Shown piece after piece: positions 11,671-23,082 of a stretch of 63,590 nucleotides of DNA. Within the stretch, counting starts at the first letter, position 1; every line of letters begins with the position of its first letter. The stretch covers positions 1-63,590 of the forward strand of contig DASZGY010000137.1 in assembly GCA_035938395.1 (NCBI GenBank), given 5' to 3'. The notes beneath the pieces are model-generated. The model made no database searches and had not been told where the DNA came from. It worked only from the letters and a program-made list of their open reading frames with translations. Made by a program: the position numbers and the translations under genes. The stretch is from Acidimicrobiia bacterium. GTDB lineage: Bacteria > Actinomycetota > Acidimicrobiia > IMCC26256 > JACDBD01.

Positions 11671-13254
11671 TCACCGCGCTGCCGGCTCCTGTGCGGGGAG
11701 GGGCACGAAGAGGCGCTGCGTCGCTGCGCCGAACACGAACCGGCCGAGGAACTCGGACGACGGCTCGGGGAAGTCGAGGCGGGTGTGCGTGCCACGCGAC
11801 TCGGTGCGCGCTCGTGCCGCGTCGACGAGCGCGGTGCTGACCGTGACCAGGTTGCGGACTTCGGGGTCGTCCGCGCCGGCCATGGTCGCGAGCTGCGCGG
11901 CGGCGCGCTCGAGGCTGGCGGCGTCGCGGAGTACGCCTGCCTCTCGGGTCATGAGCCGCTGGAGCTCCTCCCGCGCGACGACTGTGTCTCCGTCACGCGG
12001 CGTCGCCGGTGACGTGTCGGCGCCGTACGACTCGACGCCGCGGAGCACGCCGTTCTCGTCGGGCTCGTCCTTCCCGCGTGCGATGGCGTCGATGGCGCGA
12101 CGCGCGAACACCAGCCCGTCGAGCAACGAATTCGACGCCAGCCGATTCGCGCCGTGCACGCCCGAGCAGGCGGCTTCGCCACATGCCCACAGCCCGGGGA
12201 GGACCGTCGCGCCGTCGAGGTCGGTGCAGACGCCGCCGCAGAGGTAATGGGCGGCGGGGGCGACGGGGAGCCAGTCGTGGCTCGGGTCGAGGCCGACGGC
12301 GCGGGACGCGCGCCAGATCGTCGGGAAGCGCGCCTCGAAGCCGTCGATCGACGTCGCGTCCAGCCAGAGGTGGTCGGTTCCCTGCTCCTGGAGCCGCCGC
12401 GTGAGCGCCCGGGCCACGATGTCGCGCGGCGCGAGGTCGCCGAGCGGGTGCTCGTCGGCCATGAACGCGCGCCCGTGTCGGTCGCGCAGGACCGCGCCTT
12501 CGCCCCGCAGCGCCTCGGAGAGCAGTGGTCGCGGCATCGCCGGGTGGTGGAGCGCGGTCGGATGGAACTGCATGAACTCGACGTCGGCGACGGCCACGCC
12601 GGCGCGGAGGGCCATGGCGATGCCGTCGCCGGTCGAAAGGGCCGGGTTGGTCGTCACGGCGAAGCACTGCCCGGCGCCCCCGGTGGCGACGATCGTGTGG
12701 CGGGCCCGGACCTCGGTCCTCTTCCCGTCCGGCGCCCGCGCCGTCACGCCCGTCGCCCGTCCCGCTTCCACGAGGAAGTCGAGCGCCAGCCAGCCCGCGC
12801 GCACTTCCGCGGTCGTCGCCTCGACGGCGGCGACGAGCGCCCGCTCGATCTCGGCTCCGGTGGCGTCACCACCGGCGTGCAGCACGCGGGCGGCCGAATG
12901 ACCCCCTTCGCGCGCCAGAGCGAGCCCGGCCGCCTCGGCGTCGCCGGTCTGGTCGAAGACCGCGCCCATGGCGATGAGCTCACGGACGCGCTCGGGGCCT
13001 TCGGTGACGAGGACCCGCACCGCGTCCGGGTCGCAGAGACCGGCGCCGGCCGCGATGGTGTCGGAGAGGTGCAGCTCGGGCGAATCGTCGGGACGGCCGT
13101 CGAGGGCGGCGGCGACACCACCCTGCGCATAGCGCGTCGCCGACTGGGCGAGCTCGCCTTTGGTGAGGACGATCACCGACCAGCCGGCGCGCGCGGCGTG
13201 AACGGCTCCCGACAAGCCGGCGATCCCACTGCCGAGCACCAGCAGGTCGAACAT
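11671..13254 (-). CDS. nadB: L-aspartate oxidase
   Basis: GSGIAG, AQGGVAAA, QFHPT, PAAHYLCGG, HGANRLASNSL, ESRGTH. Confidence 0.95.
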   Translation of the reverse strand: MFDLLVLGSGIAGLSGAVHAARAGWSVIVLTKGELAQSATRYAQGGVAAALDGRPDDSPELHLSDTIAAGAGLCDPDAVRVLVTEGPERVRELIAMGAVFDQTGDAEAAGLALAREGGHSAARVLHAGGDATGAEIERALVAAVEATTAEVRAGWLALDFLVEAGRATGVTARAPDGKRTEVRARHTIVATGGAGQCFAVTTNPALSTGDGIAMALRAGVAVADVEFMQFHPTALHHPAMPRPLLSEALRGEGAVLRDRHGRAFMADEHPLGDLAPRDIVARALTRRLQEQGTDHLWLDATSIDGFEARFPTIWRASRAVGLDPSHDWLPVAPAAHYLCGGVCTDLDGATVLPGLWACGEAACSGVHGANRLASNSLLDGLVFARRAIDAIARGKDEPDENGVLRGVESYGADTSPATPRDGDTVVAREELQRLMTREAGVLRDAASLERAAAQLATMAGADDPEVRNLVTVSTALVDAARARTESRGTHTRLDFPEPSSEFLGRFVFGAATQRLFVPLPAQEPAAR

Positions 13255-13280
13255 CAGTCCAGCCTACCGACCGGTAGTTG

Positions 13281-13670
13281 TCACGGAGCGAGCTCGTGCA
13301 ACTCTCGGTCGAGCTCCTGGAACTCCCGGTCGGTCGGACGGTTGCGCGAGTCGACGTGCACGATCTTCGGCGAATACGACTCGAGCTCGGCCTCGTCGTA
13401 CTGCGCGTACGTGATCACGATGACGCGGTCGCCCGTATGCACGAGCCGGGCCGCAGCGCCGTTGAGGATGACGTCGCCGGGACCGCCTCGCATGGCGTAG
13501 GTCTCGAAGCGGGCGCCGTTGTCGAGGTCGAGCACGTGCACCTGCTCGTGCTCGAGCACGTCGGCGAGATCCATGAGCTTCGGGTCGAGCGTGATCGAGC
13601 CCACGTAGTCGAGGTCGGCGCCCGTGACCGTGGCCCGGTGGATCTTGGACTTCATCATCGTTCGGCGCAT
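13281..13670 (-). CDS. panD: Aspartate 1-decarboxylase
   Basis: [16 protein letters not shown] autocleavage site, LNGAAAR. Confidence 0.97.
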   Translation of the reverse strand: MRRTMMKSKIHRATVTGADLDYVGSITLDPKLMDLADVLEHEQVHVLDLDNGARFETYAMRGGPGDVILNGAAARLVHTGDRVIVITYAQYDEAELESYSPKIVHVDSRNRPTDREFQELDRELHELAP

Positions 13671-14575
13671 CAGCTCGTGCTCTCCTGTTCGGCGATTGGG
13701 ATGACGCCGAGGTCGGTCGCGACCTCGGCGCCGGCGATCTGCATCGTGACGTTGTCGATCAGGCGTGCCTTGCCGACCGGGCTCGCCACCGCGACGACGA
13801 CCTCGCCGTCGATGGTGGCCAACGGCGCGAGGTCGGACGCCCGCCGGACCTCGGCGTACTCGAGCTCGAGGCCGTGGCGCACGGCTTCCGACTCCACGAC
13901 GGCGCGGACGCTCAGGGGGTTGCGTTCGCCGGCCTCGACGGCGCCGGCGGCGGCGCGCAGCGAGGTGAAGATGCCGGTGGCGCGCCGGCGCTCGTCGGCC
14001 GACAGGTAGGCGTTCCGGCTCGACATCGCGACGCCGTCAGGCTCCCGGACGAGCGGGCAGCCGACGACCTCGACGGGCAGGTCGAGGTCGGCGGCCATGC
14101 GCCGCACGACGGCGAGCTGCTGGAAGTCCTTGCGCCCGAAGTAGGCGGTGGACGGCCCGACGATCGAGAACAGCTTGGCGACGACGGTCGTGACCCCGTC
14201 GAAGTGGGTCGGACGGGCGGCGCCGCACAACCCCTCGGTGAGCCCGGCGACATGGACGGTAGTGACGGTGGGCTCGGGGTACATCTCGGGGACGCTCGGG
14301 ACGAAGAGCACGTCGACGCCCTCCGCCTCGGCGGCGACGGTGTCGGCGGCGAGGTCGCGCGGGTAGCCGGCGAGGTCCTCGTTCTCCGCGAACTGCAGCG
14401 GGTTTACGAAGATCGTGGTGACGAGGAGATCGTGGTTGGCGCGCGCGGCGCGCATCAGCGACCGGTGGCCTTCGTGGAAGAAGCCCATGGTCGGCACGAG
14501 CCCGACGGTCTCGCCCGCCCGACGGGCGGCGTCGCACCGGTCCCGCAGCTCGGTGATGCGCTCGACGACGATCAT
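13670..14575 (-). CDS. panC: Pantoate--beta-alanine ligase
   Basis: [40 protein letters not shown]. Confidence 0.97.
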   Translation of the reverse strand: MIVVERITELRDRCDAARRAGETVGLVPTMGFFHEGHRSLMRAARANHDLLVTTIFVNPLQFAENEDLAGYPRDLAADTVAAEAEGVDVLFVPSVPEMYPEPTVTTVHVAGLTEGLCGAARPTHFDGVTTVVAKLFSIVGPSTAYFGRKDFQQLAVVRRMAADLDLPVEVVGCPLVREPDGVAMSSRNAYLSADERRRATGIFTSLRAAAGAVEAGERNPLSVRAVVESEAVRHGLELEYAEVRRASDLAPLATIDGEVVVAVASPVGKARLIDNVTMQIAGAEVATDLGVIPIAEQESTS

Positions 14576-15408
14576 GCGAGCGTCTCTTTGCGCGCGGCCT
14601 CGGCCGGGCGGCGCGGGGCGAGCCGCCGTGCCTCGCGCACCAGCGCCTCGTACGCGTCACGTTCGTCGTCCGGCAGGGCATCGACGTGGCGGACCAGCGT
14701 CTCGTCGTCGCCGCGCGCGACGGGGCCGGTGAGCGCGCCGGCGGGACCGAGCTCGTCGACGTTGTCGACCGTCCCCCGAACGAGTGGAAGGAACGCTTCG
14801 AACGGGACGCCTGCGTGCGCGGCCAGTCGCTCGACTTGGCCGAGCAGCGCCACGAGGTGGTTCGACGCCACGCACGCGGCCGCGTGGTACCGAACACGAT
14901 CGGCGGCGTCGACGCGGAACGGCCGCATGCCCAGCGTGAGCGCGATCTTCTCGACCCGCCGTGACCCGTCGATCGCGCACCAGGCGCCCGCGAGCCTGTG
15001 CCGCCCGACGTCGGCCGACGGCAGCGACTGGAGTGGATGCAGTGAGCCGACCTCGACGTCCGGGCGTGCGAGCAGGACGCCATCGAGCTCGTGCAGCGTC
15101 GACGCACCCGAGAGATGGACGACGAGTGTGCCGGGGCGAAGCGCCGGCGCGAGCTCGGCGGCGGCGCGGGCGATGACGGCGTCAGGAGTGGCGACGATCA
15201 CGACGTCGGCCTCCCGGCCCGCGTCGGCGACCTCGACCGCCGGCGCGGCGAGCCGCGCCGCGACGGCCCGCGTCGAGGAAGCGTCCGCCGTCCTCCCCGC
15301 GACCGCGACCGGCCGCCAACCGCGTGCGGCGAGCGCGAGGGAGACGGCAGTGCCGGCTCGGCCGGGTCCCACGAGCGCGAATGCCCGGGACGGACTGGTT
15401 GCGTCCAC
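14572..15408 (-). CDS. Rossmann-like/DUF2520 oxidoreductase (possible PanG-type ketopantoate reductase)
   Basis: VGPGRAG, HLSGA, HPLQS, YHAAACVASN, LTGPVARGD; coupled to panC. Confidence 0.85.
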   Translation of the reverse strand: MDATSPSRAFALVGPGRAGTAVSLALAARGWRPVAVAGRTADASSTRAVAARLAAPAVEVADAGREADVVIVATPDAVIARAAAELAPALRPGTLVVHLSGASTLHELDGVLLARPDVEVGSLHPLQSLPSADVGRHRLAGAWCAIDGSRRVEKIALTLGMRPFRVDAADRVRYHAAACVASNHLVALLGQVERLAAHAGVPFEAFLPLVRGTVDNVDELGPAGALTGPVARGDDETLVRHVDALPDDERDAYEALVREARRLAPRRPAEAARKETLA

Positions 15409-15450
15409 GTTGCGCAGCCTTTCGTTCCGGTCCCGTCGCCGGGTACCGGA

Positions 15451-16197
15451 CTACTGGGTCTGTGGCAGCGCCAACTGTACTTCGGTGGGGCGGACCCCCG
15501 CGTCGCCGGCCGGCAACCACGGGGCGAGCATCGGGTCGAGATCGGCGAGCGGCACCATCACGAACGCCCGCTCGTAGAGGCGGGGGTGGGGAACGACCAG
15601 GTCGGGCTCGTCGACCTCCTCGTCGCCGACGAGGAGGACGTCGACGTCGAGGGGGCGGGGGCCCCACCGCTCGCCGGGAACCCGCCCCGCCTCGTCCTCC
15701 AGCCGCTTGGCCAGCTCGAGCAGCTCGCGAGGTGTGCGATCCGTTTCCAAGGCGGCGACTGCGTTGAGGTATTCCGGCTGCTCGGGCCCGCCGACCGGGT
15801 CCGTCTCGTAGACGGGCGACACCGCGACGACCGTGACGCCGTCGGCGGCGGCGAGCCCGTCGACCGCGGCTTGCAGGGCGGCGGCGCGGTCGCCCACGTT
15901 GGACCCGAGGCCGAAGTGCGCGCGCCGCAGAGGAGGACGGCCACCGGCGCCGATCCCGTACCGGCGCGCGAAGCTATCGACGTCGAAGTGGGCGAGATCG
16001 TCACGGACGCGAAGGCGCAGATCCTCGGCGGCGGCGATGTCGGTCCCGACCGGGATGGCGCGCACGATCGTTCCCTGCTCGCGGTCACGGATGCGCACGA
16101 CCACCGAGCCGGTGTTCTGACCGTCGTGGTTCACGCTCGCGTTGCGACCCTCCTCGAGCGACTCGATCGCGACGACGAACCGGTCCCCGGCGCGCAC
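15451..16197 (-). CDS. folK: HPPK FolK with an ~88-aa N-terminal extension
   Basis: GLGSNVGD, YLNAV, WGPRPLDVD, PHPRLYERAFV; the frame is open from a GTG 3 nt after the folB stop. Confidence 0.85.
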   Translation of the reverse strand: MRAGDRFVVAIESLEEGRNASVNHDGQNTGSVVVRIRDREQGTIVRAIPVGTDIAAAEDLRLRVRDDLAHFDVDSFARRYGIGAGGRPPLRRAHFGLGSNVGDRAAALQAAVDGLAAADGVTVVAVSPVYETDPVGGPEQPEYLNAVAALETDRTPRELLELAKRLEDEAGRVPGERWGPRPLDVDVLLVGDEEVDEPDLVVPHPRLYERAFVMVPLADLDPMLAPWLPAGDAGVRPTEVQLALPQTQ

Positions 16198-16199
16198 GG

Positions 16200-16550
16200 C
16201 TACCGCTCGATGCGCACGGCGACGTGATCGACCATCGCCCGCACCGGCGGGTGCAGCTTCCGGACCGTCACGGTGGCTGCCTTCACGCGGGGGTCGGCAC
16301 CGCACACCTCGGCGATGCGCGTCGCCAGCCGCTCGAGCAGTTGGTACCGCTCGGACTTCACGACCCGGCTGACCGCCTCGGAGACGGCCGAGTAGTCGAC
16401 GGTGTCGTCGAGATGGTCGCTCTCCCCCGCCGCGGCCAGGTCGACGTCGAGCTCCACGTCGACCTCGAACGGTTGCGGACGGCCCTGCTCCTCGGGGAGC
16501 ACGCCGTGGACACCGAGCTCACGAAGACCGGCGATGAGGATCTTGTCCAT
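16200..16550 (-). CDS. folB: Dihydroneopterin aldolase
   Basis: HGVLPEE, QPFEVDV, TVDYS, LLERLA, VRKLHPP. Confidence 0.95.
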   Translation of the reverse strand: MDKILIAGLRELGVHGVLPEEQGRPQPFEVDVELDVDLAAAGESDHLDDTVDYSAVSEAVSRVVKSERYQLLERLATRIAEVCGADPRVKAATVTVRKLHPPVRAMVDHVAVRIER

Positions 16551-16587
16551 CGTGCTTACTTACCCGATCGACGCGACCGCCGTGCGG

Positions 16588-17262
16588 TCAAGCCTTCGCC
16601 TTCTTGCCACGAACGGACGCGGCCTTCTTCGCCTTGCCCGACGTCCCGGGCTTCGCTCCCTTCGACGCCGATCGTGCCTTGGCCGCTCCCGTCGTCGCCG
16701 TCGCAGACTCCTGCTCCTGCGGCTGCGGAAGCCGCTCGGGCGCCGGACGCGGGTACCGGAACAGCCCCTCGTTCACCGTCACGGCGACGATCTCCCGGCC
16801 GACCGAACCGAGCTGGCGACCCGTCAGCTTCTCCAGCACCACGATGGCGTGCGGTCCCTCGTGCACGAGCCCGGAATAGAGGAGAAAGCCGGCGACGACG
16901 CCGAGGAGGCGGTCGCCGAACTCCTCGTGGTGCATCAGGACCCGCTCCGACGGGTTGTCGAGCCACCCGGCGAGCGTCGTGTACACGTCCTGCAGCCGTT
17001 CGGCGAGCTCGTCGTGCCGGCCCAACGGCACGTGCTCGTACGCCAGCCCGGCCTCCTCGTAGGCGTGAAGGTTGTGCGGCGAATCCAGGAGCGACAACAC
17101 ATGCGTGAACCCGTGCCCCGCGAGCCACAACAGCTCCTCCTGACGGCGCACCTTCCGGTGATTGCGGGCGAACCCGCCAGGGCGCTCGGACGCCGCCAGC
17201 CGGCCAGTGATTACCCACGTGAAGTAGCGGGGCTCGAGGCCCTGCGCCCACCGCCCTTTCAC
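16588..17262 (-). CDS. Hypothetical protein resembling the dual-specificity phosphatase fold, with no catalytic Cys
   Basis: WVITGRLAASERPG and VLSLL segments resemble CDC14-like DSPs; the P-loop position reads HHEEFGDR; Lys/Ala-rich tail; GTGA coupling to folP. Confidence 0.6.
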   Translation of the reverse strand: MKGRWAQGLEPRYFTWVITGRLAASERPGGFARNHRKVRRQEELLWLAGHGFTHVLSLLDSPHNLHAYEEAGLAYEHVPLGRHDELAERLQDVYTTLAGWLDNPSERVLMHHEEFGDRLLGVVAGFLLYSGLVHEGPHAIVVLEKLTGRQLGSVGREIVAVTVNEGLFRYPRPAPERLPQPQEQESATATTGAAKARSASKGAKPGTSGKAKKAASVRGKKAKA

Positions 17263-18122
17263 GCCGCACTCGCATCCGCCGAGTGCAGCGCGTCCAGCAG
17301 CCGAACGACGCGAACGGCCGCGAGCACGTCGTGCACGCGCACGATCGACGCGCCGCGCTCGACCGCCCAGACGACGGTCGCGAGCGTCCCCTCCTCGCGC
17401 TGGTCGACGGGAAGGTCACCCGAGGCAGCGCCTGCGCGCGCCAGCACCTTCCCGACGAAGGTCTTGCGCGACGTGCCGACCAGCACCGGCACCCCGACCC
17501 GCTCGGCGAGCGCCGGGAGGCCGGCGAGCAGACGGAGATTGTGCTCCACCGTCTTGCCGAACCCGATGCCAGGGTCGGCGGCCAGCGCGCCCTCGGCGAC
17601 GCCCGCCGCTCGTGCGACCTCGATCCGGTCGGCGAGGAAGTCGCCGACCTGGGCGACGACGTCGTCGTAGCGCGGGTCGGCCTGCATCGTGCGCGGCTCG
17701 CCCTGCATGTGCATGGCGACGTAGCCGGCACCGGCTGCCGCCGTGACGCCGAGGATCTCGGGGTCGCTGCGGCCCGCGGAAACGTCGTTGACGACGGTGG
17801 CGCCGGCGTCGAGCGCGGCCCGGGCGACCGCCGCCTTCGTGGTGTCGACGCTCAGCGGAACGGTCGTGGCCGCCGCGAGATGCTCGACGACGGGGACGAC
17901 CCGGCGGAGCTCCTCGTCGGCCGGCACGGGCTCGGCGCCGGGGCGGGTCGACTCGCCGCCCACGTCGAGGACGTCGGCTCCGTGTTCGGCGAGCTCCATC
18001 CCGTGCGCGACGGCGGCGTCGGGATCGAGGAACCGGCCGCCGTCCGAGAACGAATCGGGTGTGACGTTGACGATCCCCATGACCGCAACCCGCGCGCCGC
18101 ACACTCGATCCCACTCGAACAT
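17259..18122 (-). CDS. folP: Dihydropteroate synthase
   Basis: MGIVNVTPDSFSDGG, DVGGESTRPG, DPGIGFGK, GTSRK, VRVHDV. Start at 18122 or 18080. Confidence 0.96.
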   Translation of the reverse strand: MFEWDRVCGARVAVMGIVNVTPDSFSDGGRFLDPDAAVAHGMELAEHGADVLDVGGESTRPGAEPVPADEELRRVVPVVEHLAAATTVPLSVDTTKAAVARAALDAGATVVNDVSAGRSDPEILGVTAAAGAGYVAMHMQGEPRTMQADPRYDDVVAQVGDFLADRIEVARAAGVAEGALAADPGIGFGKTVEHNLRLLAGLPALAERVGVPVLVGTSRKTFVGKVLARAGAASGDLPVDQREEGTLATVVWAVERGASIVRVHDVLAAVRVVRLLDALHSADASAA

Positions 18123-18200
18123 CTGTCCGAAGAGTACCGGCGGTTCTCGATCCTTGCGCCGGGGCCTATATGTCCCCTTGCGCACGCATCGTGCGGTCCC

Positions 18201-18817
18201 TCAGGCCCTCCGGCCGGTCTGCCCGATGAAGCTCATGGCCTCGGCCCGGGTGGCGGGATTGTCCCTGAACATGCCGCGTACGGCCGACGTGACGGTCAGC
18301 GACCCCGGCTTCTTCACCCCGCGCATCGTCATGCACAGGTGCTCGGCCTCGATGACCACGAACACGTGCGGGGTGAGGATGTCGACGAGCGCGTCGGCGA
18401 TCTCGGTGGTGAGCCGCTCCTGGACCTGCGGCCGCTTGGCAAACCCGTCGACCATGCGCGCCAGCTTCGACAGACCCGCGATCCGCCCGTCCTTGTCGGG
18501 GATGTACGCGACGTGCGCGCGCCCGTTGAACGGGACGAGGTGGTGTTCGCAGTAGCTGGTGATCGGGATGTCGCGAACCATCACCATCTCGTCGTGGTCG
18601 GCCTCGAACGTGGTGATGACGTGGTGACGCGGGTCCTCGCGCAACCCGCTGAAGATCTCCTCGTACATGTCTGCGATGCGGCGCGGCGTGAACTGGAGAC
18701 CGTCCCGGTCCGGGTCCTCGCCGATCGCCTCGAGGATCTCCCGTACGGCGCGCTCGATGCGCGGCTTGTCGAACTCCCTCGGCTCCTCGTCGGAGGGAAC
18801 GGCGCGGATGCCGTCGC

Positions 18818-18821
<4 letters not shown>
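18201..18821 (-). CDS. folE: GTP cyclohydrolase I
   Basis: [30 protein letters not shown]; GTG overlaps the ftsH stop. Confidence 0.97.
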
Positions 18822-20716
<1,895 letters not shown>

Positions 20717-20756
20717 TCCCGACGGGAACGCGGGCCAGGGTACTGCCCTCGTGACA

Positions 20757-21347
20757 TCACCCGGTCAGCGCGCCGGTGTACTCGTAGACCGCGGGCAGGT
20801 TGCGGTAGCGCTCGCCGACGTCGAGCCCGTAGCCGACGACGAAGTCGGGTGGGATCCGGAACCCGACATAGCGCAAGTCGAGGTCGTTGCGCTGGAGCCC
20901 TTCCTTCAGGAGCAGCGCGCACACCTCGAGCGACGCGGGGCCGCGCGCCGCCAGGTTCTTCCGCAGGTACGCCAGCGTGAGGCCGGAGTCGACGATGTCC
21001 TCGACGATCAGGACGTGGCGGCCGGTGAGGTCGATCTCGAGGTCCTTCTCGATGCGGACGACACCGCTCGTGCGGGTGGCGGACCCGTAGGACGACACCG
21101 CCATGAAGTCGAACTCGACCGGCAGGTCGATGGAGCGGGAGAGGTCGCTCATGAACACGAACGCGCCCTTGAGCACCCCGACGAGCAGAGGAGGGTGGCC
21201 GGCGTAGTCGGAGGTGATCTCCTTGCCGAGCTCGGCGACGCGCTGCTGGAGCTCTTCGGCGCCGACCACTACCCGCCCGAGATGCGCGTCCTCCACCGGC
21301 TCCCCTGTCCTGCCTCGCCCCGTGAGCTCGCTCGTCACGCTACTCAA
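20757..21347 (-). CDS. hpt: Hypoxanthine phosphoribosyltransferase
   Basis: VLKGAF, VEDIVDSGLT PRPP motif, FVVGYGLD. Confidence 0.96.
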   Translation of the reverse strand: MSSVTSELTGRGRTGEPVEDAHLGRVVVGAEELQQRVAELGKEITSDYAGHPPLLVGVLKGAFVFMSDLSRSIDLPVEFDFMAVSSYGSATRTSGVVRIEKDLEIDLTGRHVLIVEDIVDSGLTLAYLRKNLAARGPASLEVCALLLKEGLQRNDLDLRYVGFRIPPDFVVGYGLDVGERYRNLPAVYEYTGALTG

Positions 21348-21359
21348 TTGGTGCCGTCG

Positions 21360-22256
21360 CTAGCCGAGTACCCCGGCGTGCAACACGCCCGCGCTGCGCC
21401 GGACCCGCCGGCCGCCGGCGAGATCGACCGCCCGCCGCTCGCCGCGCGCGACGGCGAGCACGGCCTCGACCTCGTCGAGCGCGGGTGGGGGCGGGCCCAG
21501 CCAGCATCGGACCGCGCGCCGGGCGAGTGGGTCGGGGAGCGCGACGAGGTCGCGCCCGCGGGCCTCGCCCTCGCCCGGCCAGGCGCCACGCGCGAGCGCG
21601 TCGAGGAAGTCGGACTCGGCTCGCAGCACGTCGGCCTGGCGGGTGAGCAGCGGTGTCAGATCACGGCCCGCGCCTTGTTCCAGGAGCGGGAGCACCTCGT
21701 GGCGGATCCAGTTGCGCCGGAAGGAGAGGTCGTCGTTCGACGGGTCCTCCCACGGCACGAGCCGGCGGCGGGCGCATTCGGCGCGCACGTCTTCCCGCCG
21801 CGCGCCGAGGAGCGGTCGCACCACTCGTCCCCGTCGGGCCGGCATGCCTGCCAGCCCGGCCGAGCCGCTCCCGCGCAGGAAGTTGAGCAAGACCGTCTCG
21901 GCCTGATCGTCGGCGGTATGCGCCACGAGCACCGCCGTCGCGCTGTGCGCCGCGCGCGCGGCCTCGAGGGCGTCGTATCGCGCGGTGCGCGCCCGGGCTT
22001 CGAGGTTGGGTCCCCCGGCGACGGTCACCCGGCGGGCATCGAACCCCGCGCGCAAACGCGCCGCGACTTCGGCCACGACGCCCGCCTCGCGCTCGCTGCC
22101 GGGGCGCAGGCCATGGTCGACGTGCACCGCGATCGGCGCGAGTTCGTTGTCGACCGCGAGGGCCAGGAGCGCGAGAGAGTCGGCGCCCCCCGAGCATCCG
22201 ACGACGACCGGCGCCGTAACCTCGTGCGGCACCTCGAGTTGCACCGGGGCCGGCAC
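21360..22256 (-). CDS. tilS: tRNA(Ile)-lysidine synthetase (short form)
   Basis: SGGADS PP-loop, HVDHGLR, HTADDQAET, RNWIR. Confidence 0.93.
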   Translation of the reverse strand: MPAPVQLEVPHEVTAPVVVGCSGGADSLALLALAVDNELAPIAVHVDHGLRPGSEREAGVVAEVAARLRAGFDARRVTVAGGPNLEARARTARYDALEAARAAHSATAVLVAHTADDQAETVLLNFLRGSGSAGLAGMPARRGRVVRPLLGARREDVRAECARRRLVPWEDPSNDDLSFRRNWIRHEVLPLLEQGAGRDLTPLLTRQADVLRAESDFLDALARGAWPGEGEARGRDLVALPDPLARRAVRCWLGPPPPALDEVEAVLAVARGERRAVDLAGGRRVRRSAGVLHAGVLG

Positions 22257-22265
22257 CGAGTGTCC

Positions 22266-23057
22266 TCAGGGTGCGGCGGTCGAGCCGCCCGGCCCGGCGC
22301 GGGCGTCGAGGAGCACACCTTGGCGGAGCAAGGCGAGGAGCTCGTTGGTGCCCTTGAGACCGAGCTTCCGTCCGATGCGGCGAAGGCTCGCGTACACGTT
22401 GCTGCGGCTGATGCCGAGTTGCTGCGCGACGGCGGTGACAGGCGTGCGGGTGGCGAGCGCCTCGAGGAGCTTCCGCTGCTTCGGGGTGAGCTCCCCCACC
22501 CGCTCGCGCGCAGCACGGATGCGGGGCGCGGGACTGGGCGACGTCGGCGAATGCTCGAGGCGGGTGATGCGCACTCGCGGCTCGGCCGGCGCGCCGTCGG
22601 GAAGCGCGCCCGTCTTCTCGTAGCGCGCGAGCGCCTCGAGCGACTCGGCTTGCACCTTCCGGCGCAGCTCCCGCTCGGACGGCGCCGACGGCGACAACGT
22701 CTGATCCAGGAGCTCGACGAGCGCCCGAGGATCGAACGGCTTCGTGATGTACTGCAGCGCGCCTTGGATCCCGCCCCGGAGCCGCGCTTCGGGCTCGTCG
22801 GCCGCGGTCACCATGAACACCGGGATCTCCGACAGGTCGCGCCGGCTCCCCGCCTTGAGCTCCTCGAGAACTGCCCAACCGTCGGTCCCGGGCATGCGCA
22901 CGTCGAGGAACAACGCGTCGGGAGGTTCGTGACGAACGCTCGCAAGCGCTTCGTCGCCGTCGGCGGCCGTGACGACGCGATGCCCCGCCTGCTCCAGATT
23001 GATGCGGACGAGCTCGCGAATGTCAGGTTCGTCGTCGACGACGAGAACGAGGGCCAT
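22266..23057 (-). CDS. Orphan response regulator (REC + LuxR-like HTH)
   Basis: VVDDE, LDVRMP, ITKPF; C-terminal LTPKQRKLL...LGISRSNVYASLRRIGRKLG. Confidence 0.85.
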   Translation of the reverse strand: MALVLVVDDEPDIRELVRINLEQAGHRVVTAADGDEALASVRHEPPDALFLDVRMPGTDGWAVLEELKAGSRRDLSEIPVFMVTAADEPEARLRGGIQGALQYITKPFDPRALVELLDQTLSPSAPSERELRRKVQAESLEALARYEKTGALPDGAPAEPRVRITRLEHSPTSPSPAPRIRAARERVGELTPKQRKLLEALATRTPVTAVAQQLGISRSNVYASLRRIGRKLGLKGTNELLALLRQGVLLDARAGPGGSTAAP

Positions 23058-23082
23058 TGACGGCCACGTTATCCGTAGATGT

